DNA of 26,233 bases, from positions 1 to 26,233 of IMG/VR virus record IMGVR_UViG_3300032270_001987, one strand, 5' to 3'. The position numbers were made by a program, and so were the translations under genes. How positions within the stretch are numbered: position 1 is the first letter of the stretch; every line of letters begins with the position of its first letter. Source of the stretch: a virus (taxonomy: Duplodnaviria; Caudoviricetes). The notes under the pieces are model-generated. The model worked only from the letters and a program-made list of their open reading frames with translations. It was not told where the DNA came from and did no database searches. This document shows positions 15,117-23,685 of this stretch, piece by piece.

Positions 15117-15893
15117 TTACGCCGAAAGGTCTCCGATGAGCACCCATGTATCGGCTGCTCGCTTTATCAGCGTAGCACCAGACCACTGAGCGCGAAGCTT
15201 ACGTCCAGGGGTTGCATTGATTGTTACACCTGCACCCTGGGTAACCGTGCACTGGCCAGCACCGGTCTGAATAACTGTAATATGCGTTCCTGTTGGGAAC
15301 ACGACAGACGAGTCAGGTGGAACCGTCAGCGTATTCGCCGAGCCAACACCCATTTCAACAATCTTATTTCTGTCAGCCAAAACCAATGTGTAGCTAGCTG
15401 CTTGCGGATTTGTTAATGGTTCTGCAAGTTTGTTTCTATTGATTGATGCCGAAAGGCTTATGTCACCATCGACGATTGTCGAGTCGGCAATCATGTCTGT
15501 TGTAATAATTCCAGAGCTAGAAAGCGTTATTGCTGTTCCTGCAATCTTTGATGCATCTATATTCGCTGAGCCCGAAATGTCTGCGTTAGTGATTACGGCC
15601 GATGCTATAGATGTAACTCCAGAAGGTGAAATGACTATGTCGCCAGTGAGCTCCTGAGCAGTAGCAGCGTTGGATGCGTTGTAGACAATGACCTTACCTG
15701 GGTCGCTATTCAGCAACTTCGTCAAAGGTACAGAGTTCGTTTGGATTGAAGAACCAGCTACCGAACCTGTATCAAAAAGAGCAGTAGGGATTGTTATAAG
15801 CACCCAACCAGAACCATTGAATACCCAGGTCTTGCCAGCATCTGTATGAAGTTGGCCTGATGTTGCGCCAGAAGGAAAGTCAATAGCTGGCAT
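15117..15893 (-). CDS. Putative virion/tail-fibre protein
   Basis: N-terminal IDFPS...GKTWVFNGSGW module, I..ADI/SKIA shaft-like repeats, and a C-terminal YTLVLAD...ATLIKRAADTWVLIGDL domain typical of phage fibre ends. Confidence 0.75.
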   Translation of the reverse strand: MPAIDFPSGATSGQLHTDAGKTWVFNGSGWVLITIPTALFDTGSVAGSSIQTNSVPLTKLLNSDPGKVIVYNASNAATAQELTGDIVISPSGVTSIASAVITNADISGSANIDASKIAGTAITLSSSGIITTDMIADSTIVDGDISLSASINRNKLAEPLTNPQAASYTLVLADRNKIVEMGVGSANTLTVPPDSSVVFPTGTHITVIQTGAGQCTVTQGAGVTINATPGRKLRAQWSGATLIKRAADTWVLIGDLSA

Positions 15894-15895
15894 AT

Positions 15896-18658
15896 TTAGG
15901 CCTGTGCTTCCGTCCAGGAGAGACGAGCAAACACGCTGGCCGAAGTAGCACCAAGGTTTCTAATAACAATGTGCAGTGTGTCTGGACCGTCAGGATAAAT
16001 GCCTGTCGTTGTTATCGTTGTGCCGCCGCCAAGTACCGAGTTACCTAAGTCTCGAACATCCTTGAGGTCGATTGAGTTTGACCCAGTACCTACGAAGAAA
16101 CCTCCAGTTACTTCACCACCAGACACTGTTGCAGCAGAACCGCCAGAGCTGTAGTCGGCAATTTGAGCCAAGCTTGATGTAACCGTATATGGTCTCGCCC
16201 ATGTTCTTGATGCTGATGGAGTTCCGTTGAGGATGGCTGTTACCAGAAGGTTTGATGCAGCAGTAGATGTGGTTACGTCCAACGCACGAAGAATCAACTG
16301 CATTCTATTTGTGAGTTCACGCTCACCAAAGAACGCACCAGTTCCGTTATCCGCGGATGGAGCAACACGAATTGCCATAATCGCAGCCGTAGCACCAGCA
16401 CCAATTGCGATTGATGTAGTTGTTCCATAAGTAAATACGAGCGACTTGTCGTCGTCGAATCTTCCGTCCATGATTGCCGAAGTACCCCAGTGAGAAATTG
16501 ATGGGGCATATGTTGGAAAGGCAAGCTCAACACCAACTGGGTTGGTTGCTGAGTACGTAAATGCTAGAGCGGCGCTTGTTCCCATTGGGATAACGTTTAC
16601 CGTTGGGTTTGCACCAGTTACAGCAGCACTCAACTTGACATTCAGCCCGGAAATTTGTTGAATAAATGTTCCGTCTGGAACGTTCGTTCCGTTTACTCTC
16701 TGCCCAACCTGCAGTCCAGCAGTAGAAGCAACAGTTCCGTCGTTGGCCCCAGAAGCAATAGTCAACGCAAGTGAAGCATTTCCTGTTTGCTGTCTAGTTA
16801 AACCAGTAAAGGTCGTAGCCGTCTTACCCGTGTAGTTGACGTACTCATAACCTGTTGCGGTATTGTATACACAAAGTGTTCCTGCGCTTGGGAATCCGGT
16901 TGTGCTTGCAACAGTAAGAGTGGTGCCAACGTTTGACAAAGATGCTGCCAGCTGCGTGAATGGAGGGTTTGAAGATGACTCATAACGAGCAGGAAGGTTT
17001 CCTGAACGCATATACGCTTCAGCATTTACGTTGTTATTTACAACTTTATGACAATAGGTTACTTTGCCATTTTTTGCGCGCATTCCCCAACGAATAAACC
17101 CAGCACCATACCAAGAATAGTCAATGTAGAACATTTGCATTCTTGAAAGGTCAACGTTGTACCCAGAAGGGCCCGTTCCGTCGAATCTATCAAGGTTCCA
17201 ATCAGCTTGGGCAACTTTTGTATCTACAGTCCGCGAGATTGTTGTCATTGATGCTGTAGCTCCGCGATATGCAGGGCTAATGGTCATTGACGTATCGCTT
17301 GCAATATCGATAACTCTGTACGACTGTCCACGAGCCACGATGTTGTCGCCAATAGCAAGTTGACCAGAATACCTAGTTGGGAAAGCGGCGTTTGTTTGAG
17401 TTACCGTGCAAGAACCGTTTGTGAATGTTGATTTTCCAGAAATTTGAAAAGTTGACGAGCGTTTTACTGCCCACAAAGTCTGACCGTCATACTCAAAGAA
17501 CACGCCGTTCTGTTGGTCAAACAAACCTATTCTGTTCACATTCCCGTACCAGCCAGAAACCGTTATGTAATATGGGCCTGATGCCAGGGCAGACGATGGG
17601 GTCGATGCTGGGGTGTATGTAAAAGTGTTGTAACCAGTAATGGTGTAAACGCTAGTTGTCCCGTTATACCCAGCTTCGTTTGCACCAAAAACAGTAATTG
17701 TCGAACCAGGATAAAGGTTGTGCTTTTCCTTGGTCTGTACGGTTACGAGTCCTGTACCAGAGCTGTATGTTAACTGGTCGAGCTGAAGGTCTGGCTTAAG
17801 AAGAGTTCCAGATGACATCTGAATACCCTTACCTGATTGGTAACGGAAGTAACGACGTGTTTGGCGTGCTGCTGTTTCGTAGTTTGATGTTCCGTTGTTT
17901 GAAAAAATAACACCGCCGTCAAATGGTCTATGCAAAAACACACCAGAAGGACATGTGTAAACAAGAGCCGATGATGCAGTTAATGTTCCGGTTGGTGTAT
18001 CTGGTACGTAAACAACAAACTGCGTTGAGCTGATAATTCTGGCTACGAAGTTTGCACCGTTTGGAGGGTTTGTTCCAGATGTAGTAACTCCAACAATTGC
18101 AACTTCATTACCAATCGAAAGACCGTGCGGTATCGTCGTTGTTACGGTTACCGCATTGCCCGAGTATGAGATAGTTGGTGCGCCACCAATGGCGGCGTTG
18201 GTAAAAATAACTCCAGTGAAAACTGCAGTCTTATTTGGGTCAAAGATTGATGTCAAGGAACCAGTGTTTACAGCTTTACCTGTGTACGAAAATGAAGTGT
18301 TTGTTGTAACAGCTTCAATTAGGTAGTTTCCGTTTGCTATTGCAAGCTGGGAGTCATACATCGAAATTGGGGTACCAACAGCAAGGCCTGACGTGCTTGG
18401 CAGCGAAACTGTTACGGTACGTGACGACGTGTTCATCGTAATTGCGGTGATTCCTGATATTGGTGAGCTGGATGCATACACAAACGGCTTATTGCCGATG
18501 GTGACCATGTTCTCCCATTTTGAAGTCTGTGTTCCATATTCAAAGTCGGTGTCAATAAGGGACTGTGGCTGTGAAACACGGAACTTTTGTACTGGGTCGT
18601 AAAGCACTTCTTCCGGTGTAATCGGAGTTACGCCAGGTGGTATTTGATTAAGACCCAT
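15896..18658 (-). CDS. Large putative virion structural protein (920 aa) with repeated small beta domains
   Basis: T/S/G-rich; repeated VTV.T...HGL..G..V.I.G modules interspersed with core motifs (FRYQSGKG, RIGLFD, DYSWYGAG, YMRSGNLPARYE). Confidence 0.75.
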   Translation of the reverse strand: MGLNQIPPGVTPITPEEVLYDPVQKFRVSQPQSLIDTDFEYGTQTSKWENMVTIGNKPFVYASSSPISGITAITMNTSSRTVTVSLPSTSGLAVGTPISMYDSQLAIANGNYLIEAVTTNTSFSYTGKAVNTGSLTSIFDPNKTAVFTGVIFTNAAIGGAPTISYSGNAVTVTTTIPHGLSIGNEVAIVGVTTSGTNPPNGANFVARIISSTQFVVYVPDTPTGTLTASSALVYTCPSGVFLHRPFDGGVIFSNNGTSNYETAARQTRRYFRYQSGKGIQMSSGTLLKPDLQLDQLTYSSGTGLVTVQTKEKHNLYPGSTITVFGANEAGYNGTTSVYTITGYNTFTYTPASTPSSALASGPYYITVSGWYGNVNRIGLFDQQNGVFFEYDGQTLWAVKRSSTFQISGKSTFTNGSCTVTQTNAAFPTRYSGQLAIGDNIVARGQSYRVIDIASDTSMTISPAYRGATASMTTISRTVDTKVAQADWNLDRFDGTGPSGYNVDLSRMQMFYIDYSWYGAGFIRWGMRAKNGKVTYCHKVVNNNVNAEAYMRSGNLPARYESSSNPPFTQLAASLSNVGTTLTVASTTGFPSAGTLCVYNTATGYEYVNYTGKTATTFTGLTRQQTGNASLALTIASGANDGTVASTAGLQVGQRVNGTNVPDGTFIQQISGLNVKLSAAVTGANPTVNVIPMGTSAALAFTYSATNPVGVELAFPTYAPSISHWGTSAIMDGRFDDDKSLVFTYGTTTSIAIGAGATAAIMAIRVAPSADNGTGAFFGERELTNRMQLILRALDVTTSTAASNLLVTAILNGTPSASRTWARPYTVTSSLAQIADYSSGGSAATVSGGEVTGGFFVGTGSNSIDLKDVRDLGNSVLGGGTTITTTGIYPDGPDTLHIVIRNLGATSASVFARLSWTEAQA

Positions 18659-18969
18659 TATGCTATCTCCATCCCGCTGATGTGGAATTTAACGTCTGTG
18701 CTATTCGCATTTCCAGTTATTACATCGCCAGCTTCAACGACTTGCTTCAAGTCGAGCGAAATAACAGAGTTGCCAGGAATTTCCAAAGCAGGGACAAGCA
18801 CTACTCCGTCAATACTTATCGTGTAAAGACCACCAGTTGTGCCATTGTTTGAAACAACAATATTCGTCACAACTGTCGTAGTGAGGGATGGCACTGTGTA
18901 CAGGGTTGTAGCGGGTGACGTATAGACGCTTGCCGCACCCCTGAAAAGAACTTTTGCCGTATTAGCCAT
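18658..18969 (-). CDS. Small beta-rich putative virion protein
   Basis: TLYTVPS...VTNIVVSN...LKQVVEAGD...FHISGMEI; GGAG Shine-Dalgarno; TAATG coupling to the next gene. Confidence 0.8.
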   Translation of the reverse strand: MANTAKVLFRGAASVYTSPATTLYTVPSLTTTVVTNIVVSNNGTTGGLYTISIDGVVLVPALEIPGNSVISLDLKQVVEAGDVITGNANSTDVKFHISGMEIA

Positions 18970-18985
18970 TACTTACTCCAGTCAT

Positions 18986-21802
18986 TTAATACGCTCCCAT
19001 AATAGACGCAATTTCGTTACTTCCAGAGCCACTACTGCCACCTATAGGTTCCCAGGCACCGTCGTAATACACGAATGTCTCGCCAGTCGTATTTCTAAAC
19101 CAAATCTGGCCAGCAGATGCGTTGCTTGGGGCTGTTGACGAGATTACAGCACCGATACCAGATGAGCCAATTTCAATCCAATAAGAATCGTAATAAACAA
19201 AGGTTATGGCTGAGTCAGTCTCAAACCAGAAGTCGCCAGCGTCTGGGGAGGCAGGAGGAGTGGTGCCAAGCGTCATCTTTGCGCCCTGGTCGATTATCTT
19301 ATAGACGCTTCCATCCCTGGTTGATTCCCATCTATCCAGAGTTTCGTTCCATCTAATTTCAACGCTTGCGCTTGAACCTCTATCAATTCTGATTGCCCCA
19401 TTGAGTGTAGGTGCGCCAACGGTTCCAGCATTAAGAACGATTTCGCCGCTGCTTACATTGAGGGAGGCCTGATTCGTCACCTCGGTGTTTGTTGCAAAAA
19501 GATTATTTACTACGAGTGTGTCAAATTGCACGCATGCACTAGTGCCAACAGCTTGTCCAATCGCAATTGTTGGGGTCGCCGATTCGCCAGCATTATCCGT
19601 GATGATTACACCAGTGCCAGCAACAAGATTGGAAACATAGTTTCCAGTTGTGTCTGTACCCATAATGACGGAGTTTGGCTGGATTGTGGCACTAAGTGTT
19701 GCGTTTCCAAGGTCTGTAAATTGAACAGAACCAGAAACATCACCAGAAATTGTCAATATTGGAGAAACACCAGTTATCACCGGGTTCTCAATAGTCTTAT
19801 TGGTTAACGTGTCGGTAGTATCGATACCGACGAGTGTTGTCGTTGCGTTTGGAACGGCAATGACTCTGTCTTCTGTTGGGTTTATGAAAGTTAATCTTGT
19901 TTCATAAATGTCATCAATTGAACCCTCAAAAGTCATTCCACCTGCTGCCCATGCCGAGACGCTTCCAGATGATGTAGCTGAGGATGGGGTAATTACTGGA
20001 GTGTATTTAATCTGAGTAGTCGAGGAAACTTGAGTTACAGCAAAGTTTCCGTTATAGCCAGCCTGGTTTGCTCCAGAAACCGTAATTCTTGAACCAATGA
20101 CTAGACCGTGGTCGGTAAGGGTATTTAGGGTGGCGAGACCTGTTCCCGCACTGTAAGTCAAGTTTCCACTAACCGTGAGGTTTGTTGCTCCTATTGTCAA
20201 GCCAGCAAACTCAGGAGAGTTAGTAGTACCAACAGCCTGACCAATACTTATTGTTGGAGTGCCGGCCTCGGAGGCAACAGCGTTAGTGAGTATTACACCT
20301 GTACCAGAAAGAACTGATGCAACGTAGTTTCCGGATGTTTCTGAACCCAGTTCAACAAAGTCTCCAGCCCAAGCTCCACCGCTAAACTTCAGGTACTGCC
20401 CAGATGTTGGAGACGCTGAAACGTTTGCAAGGTCCTCAATGTTGAACGTTGTTATCTCTGGTGCATCAGCGACCCAGGCTGTTCCGTTCCAAGTAAGCAC
20501 ATCACCAGATGCTGGGGTTACAGCATTAACGTCAAGTAGGTCATTTATTTCATGGTTGCTTATGTCGCTTACGTTTCCTATTACGTTTCCGTGGAACTCC
20601 GATGCGTAGATGTTATTTGTAGCAGTTACATTCTCATAGAAGACAGGGTTCAGCAACTCTGCTTTTTCGTTAAGTTGCAACTGTACGTTTGCGCTTGCGC
20701 TATTTAAGAATTCAAGTTGATTTTTTGTTGTTCCAAGCTCAAAAAGTTTATTCAAGTCTGTAGAAGTAGCTTGAAGCCCTGTTATGTCAAAAGTTCCTAG
20801 GGTTATATCTGCTGAACCATCGAATAGAGCCGTTCCAATAAATCTTGGAGTGCGAAGAGTGTTCGCCTGGTTAGCAATACCGTTCAAATAACTGGTTATT
20901 CCAGCAAAAGTTACGCTTGCGCTAGGAGCAACGTCTTGACCGATAGCTAGTTGATTACCAGTTTTTGTAATTCCTGTTCCGACAGTAATGGCGGCGTTTC
21001 CGGAAAATTGGGTGAAAGAAATATTATCAGTACCAATTACATGTGCCCCATCAGTTCCGGAGCCCGTCGTGTAGACAAGAAACCCTTGGCTCACATTGGT
21101 TGAGCCTCCACCAATATATAGAGCTTCTCCAGCATTTATTGTTCCGTAGAAAGAACCACTATTAAAGTCATCAGACCTAGTTAGAACCCATGGGACAGAA
21201 ACGCTTCCCTGTGTGGTGACATCGTAAACGCCGTTATGAACTGCGTTTACCTGATTCTTTACAAGAATTCTATTCCCAGTCGATGCGTTGGTTCCGTCAA
21301 CTACAAGACGTGCATTACCACTTGCCGTGAGGGTGGCTCCAACACCAGCAGTTCCGTTGCTATAGGTTGGCGTATTTGGGAGTACAGCTGCTGTTGCTAA
21401 TTGACAGAATTCGTGCCAGTTAATAGCTGCAGCAATACCGTCTACGTATGCCTTGGTAGCAACGTGTCCATCATTAACCGGAAGGTTATTTACAGTAAGT
21501 TGAGCAAATGTAGGGGAAGCAGATACGGCAACACTTTGGCCAATGTTCACCGTTGGGGTTGAACCGGAGCCGGAGTTTCCAGTTATTGTTAAACCAGTTC
21601 CAGCAACTAGTGACTGGACGTAGGTGGCTCCTTGTAGTGAACCGTAGAAGTATGTAAGTGTTACCCAGTTAGTGGAACCATTACCAAGCTTGATTTTCCC
21701 AGTATCTGACTCAAGGCCTATTTCGCCCGCTGCAAGAATTGGGTTAACTGATGTCCACGTTGCAGCTAAGTCGCGACGGAATAGAATTTTCTTGTAAGCC
21801 AT
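18986..21802 (-). CDS. Long tail-fibre-like protein with an Mtd-N-like N-terminal domain (938 aa)
   Basis: RRDLAATWTSVNPILAAGEIGLESDTGKIKLGNG (major tropism determinant N-terminal-like), ATKAYVD, RILVKNQ...NGVY, repeated IGQ.V..SAS..F modules, and two C-terminal P....GD.WF...YYD..W repeats. Confidence 0.85.
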   Translation of the reverse strand: MAYKKILFRRDLAATWTSVNPILAAGEIGLESDTGKIKLGNGSTNWVTLTYFYGSLQGATYVQSLVAGTGLTITGNSGSGSTPTVNIGQSVAVSASPTFAQLTVNNLPVNDGHVATKAYVDGIAAAINWHEFCQLATAAVLPNTPTYSNGTAGVGATLTASGNARLVVDGTNASTGNRILVKNQVNAVHNGVYDVTTQGSVSVPWVLTRSDDFNSGSFYGTINAGEALYIGGGSTNVSQGFLVYTTGSGTDGAHVIGTDNISFTQFSGNAAITVGTGITKTGNQLAIGQDVAPSASVTFAGITSYLNGIANQANTLRTPRFIGTALFDGSADITLGTFDITGLQATSTDLNKLFELGTTKNQLEFLNSASANVQLQLNEKAELLNPVFYENVTATNNIYASEFHGNVIGNVSDISNHEINDLLDVNAVTPASGDVLTWNGTAWVADAPEITTFNIEDLANVSASPTSGQYLKFSGGAWAGDFVELGSETSGNYVASVLSGTGVILTNAVASEAGTPTISIGQAVGTTNSPEFAGLTIGATNLTVSGNLTYSAGTGLATLNTLTDHGLVIGSRITVSGANQAGYNGNFAVTQVSSTTQIKYTPVITPSSATSSGSVSAWAAGGMTFEGSIDDIYETRLTFINPTEDRVIAVPNATTTLVGIDTTDTLTNKTIENPVITGVSPILTISGDVSGSVQFTDLGNATLSATIQPNSVIMGTDTTGNYVSNLVAGTGVIITDNAGESATPTIAIGQAVGTSACVQFDTLVVNNLFATNTEVTNQASLNVSSGEIVLNAGTVGAPTLNGAIRIDRGSSASVEIRWNETLDRWESTRDGSVYKIIDQGAKMTLGTTPPASPDAGDFWFETDSAITFVYYDSYWIEIGSSGIGAVISSTAPSNASAGQIWFRNTTGETFVYYDGAWEPIGGSSGSGSNEIASIMGAY

Positions 21803-21978
21803 TAAGCACTTCCTCCGTCGGCGATTGACAGTTCATCTTCGATTTCTACTGGTGAGAAACCACCGTCAATTATCGCATATTTAATTCTTTTCCAGAACGA
21901 CCCATTCCAGGACCAGGCTTTCCCAGCAACTAAAAACTCAGCATCCATTGACGGAGAGGAAGGGAAAGTGATTGCCAT
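21802..21978 (-). CDS. Small putative virion protein (58 aa; not in the ORF track)
   Basis: Translates MAITFPSSPSMDAEFLVAGKAWSWNGSFWKRIKYAIIDGGFSPVEIEDELSIADGGSA*. TAATG-coupled to the 938-aa gene; resembles the N-terminus of the 15893 protein. Confidence 0.8.
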   Translation of the reverse strand: MAITFPSSPSMDAEFLVAGKAWSWNGSFWKRIKYAIIDGGFSPVEIEDELSIADGGSA

Positions 21979-21985
21979 ACGGGCA

Positions 21986-21994
21986 ATTATCTCA
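21986..21994 (-). promoter_or_regulatory. Extended -10 box, probable leaderless start of the fibre operon
   Basis: TG-a-GATAAT ends 7 nt before ATG 21978. Confidence 0.45.
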
Positions 21995-21998
21995 CATT

Positions 21999-22241
21999 CT
22001 AATCAACAACAGTTTCAAGTCTCCCGTTTTCCATTAGCTTTTTGGAAAATGTATTTAATCCATGGATAAATCCGAGTGGTTCTGGAATATTGAGCTCAAC
22101 ACATATCTCCATGAGCTTCACATCCCGAATATCTGTCCAAGCATCAATCATTGCTTGTGCGCCAGATTTGCCACTGATGTGATATTTCTCTGAGATGAAC
22201 TGAATGAGCTCATCATCGTAATTCCAAGTTTTTATCGTCAT
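21999..22241 (-). CDS. Hypothetical protein (80 aa)
   Basis: Fills the gap on the coding strand; TAAGTT box 6 nt upstream of the ATG. Confidence 0.7.
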   Translation of the reverse strand: MTIKTWNYDDELIQFISEKYHISGKSGAQAMIDAWTDIRDVKLMEICVELNIPEPLGFIHGLNTFSKKLMENGRLETVVD

Positions 22242-22260
22242 GATGCAAACTTACTATAAA

Positions 22261-22605
22261 TTAGTAAATATCCCAGTTAACGATTTCTTCATTCCAGTGA
22301 GCACAACCCCTATCACTTGAAGGATATGGGATTGGTGGAACCCAGTCAAAATCTGCATCCAAAACCCACGATGGGTACGGCTGGTTAGCAATGAAGATGT
22401 CTCTTTCGTCGTCGTACCTAAAACCAATACCCGCAAATTGTTTCCTTATATTGTGGTTGTATGAAGTCCTTAGACATCTCTGTCCACGCAAAGAACTGTA
22501 GTACTCCTCCCAATCGGAGATGCCGTCAACTATTTCGTCTTCGTTGCGACCGACAATCACCTCGGTGACAATGTTGTTTTCATCCAAGAATGCGTAATGT
22601 GCCAT
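22261..22605 (-). CDS. Conserved phage protein, possible fibre assembly chaperone
   Basis: MAHYAFLDENNIV..VIV, RTSYN.NIRKQFAGIG..YD...D.F...QPYPSW.L...W.PP.PYP. I recognise this pattern from proteins that follow Gly-rich fibre genes. TAATG-coupled. Confidence 0.8.
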   Translation of the reverse strand: MAHYAFLDENNIVTEVIVGRNEDEIVDGISDWEEYYSSLRGQRCLRTSYNHNIRKQFAGIGFRYDDERDIFIANQPYPSWVLDADFDWVPPIPYPSSDRGCAHWNEEIVNWDIY

Positions 22606-23684
22606 TAGAAAGTAATCGTTCCTGTTCCACCTGTAAATGTGTATGTCCTAATGCTTCCCGAAGATGAGAGCGAGTAGACCAATCCAGCACCCACTGATGT
22701 CAAAGCAGGTCCTGTGTACCTAATTATAACGATTCCTGAGCCACCAGCATTTGAGCCTCCACACTCCCCCCAGTTCGAACCACCGCCAGCGCCATAGTTT
22801 GCTGTCCCAGCGCTGGATGTATCACATCCAAAGTTGTAGTTTGTACCATCTCCGCCGCCACCGCTTCCGCCGCTTGGCTTGCTGGTCCCTCCGCCGTTTT
22901 TGTGTGAGTGACCTCCGCCACCTCCACCTCTTACCGTACCAAGGAAGTCCGCTCTACCTGGGCCGCCGTTTCCTCCCTGTTCGGCAGAACCAGCTCCACC
23001 TGCTCCACCAGCTCCGCCTCCTCCGCCAATTCCATTGTGTCCAACGTTGTAGTTTGCGTTGGAGCCATACGCACCGCCGGCATTGGCGTAATAAGTTATG
23101 GTACCAACAAGTGGGCCGCCGCTTTGTGTGGAATTATTTTGAGCAGTATTTCCACCAGCTGACGAACCACAGGAACCAACGTCTCGTCCTGCTCCACCAC
23201 ATGATTCAAGCACACCGAGTACCGAGTTATTACCTTTTCCATTTCCTGTTCCACCAGCACCCACGGTTACCGTGTACGAATTGCCTCCGTAGAATTTATA
23301 CTGCCCACTGGCCATTGCGCCAGCACCACCAGCCTCAGAACCACCTCCTCCAAGTACGGTAAATTCTGTTGTGTATTCAGTAAGAGCAGTTCCAGTAGTG
23401 CTTGAGGAATTTGTCAGCCATCCATTTTTATTTACAGTAACAGTGACGTTTGAAGTAATGGCACTACCGAGTCCAGTTACGGTTACCAAACCAGCCGACT
23501 GAGTAGCGCTACCGCTATTAGTGGCGGAGAATGAATACGTCAGGGAAGAATCGTAGTTTGAAATTGAGAAAGTAAAACCTCCTGGAGTGCCCGTTGACGA
23601 GCCAAATAACGGAGTAATAAGTTTTGCTGCATTTGCAAACAGAAGGCCAGATTGCCTCGCTGAAATTGATGATATGAAAGGCAT
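22605..23684 (-). CDS. Glycine-rich domain putative virion/fibre-tip protein
   Basis: VLGGGG, YTVTVGAGG, many GGGGG runs, C-terminal GGSGIVIIRY...YTFT.GTGTITF. Confidence 0.82.
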   Translation of the reverse strand: MPFISSISARQSGLLFANAAKLITPLFGSSTGTPGGFTFSISNYDSSLTYSFSATNSGSATQSAGLVTVTGLGSAITSNVTVTVNKNGWLTNSSSTTGTALTEYTTEFTVLGGGGSEAGGAGAMASGQYKFYGGNSYTVTVGAGGTGNGKGNNSVLGVLESCGGAGRDVGSCGSSAGGNTAQNNSTQSGGPLVGTITYYANAGGAYGSNANYNVGHNGIGGGGGAGGAGGAGSAEQGGNGGPGRADFLGTVRGGGGGGHSHKNGGGTSKPSGGSGGGGDGTNYNFGCDTSSAGTANYGAGGGSNWGECGGSNAGGSGIVIIRYTGPALTSVGAGLVYSLSSSGSIRTYTFTGGTGTITF

Positions 23685-23685
23685 C

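Noticed and set aside
22751-23362. 203-aa plus-strand ORF and other short antisense or nested ORFs in the track
   Set aside because: They lie opposite or inside well-supported genes. The His/Arg/Leu bias reflects the complement of Gly-rich codons, and no motifs are recognisable.
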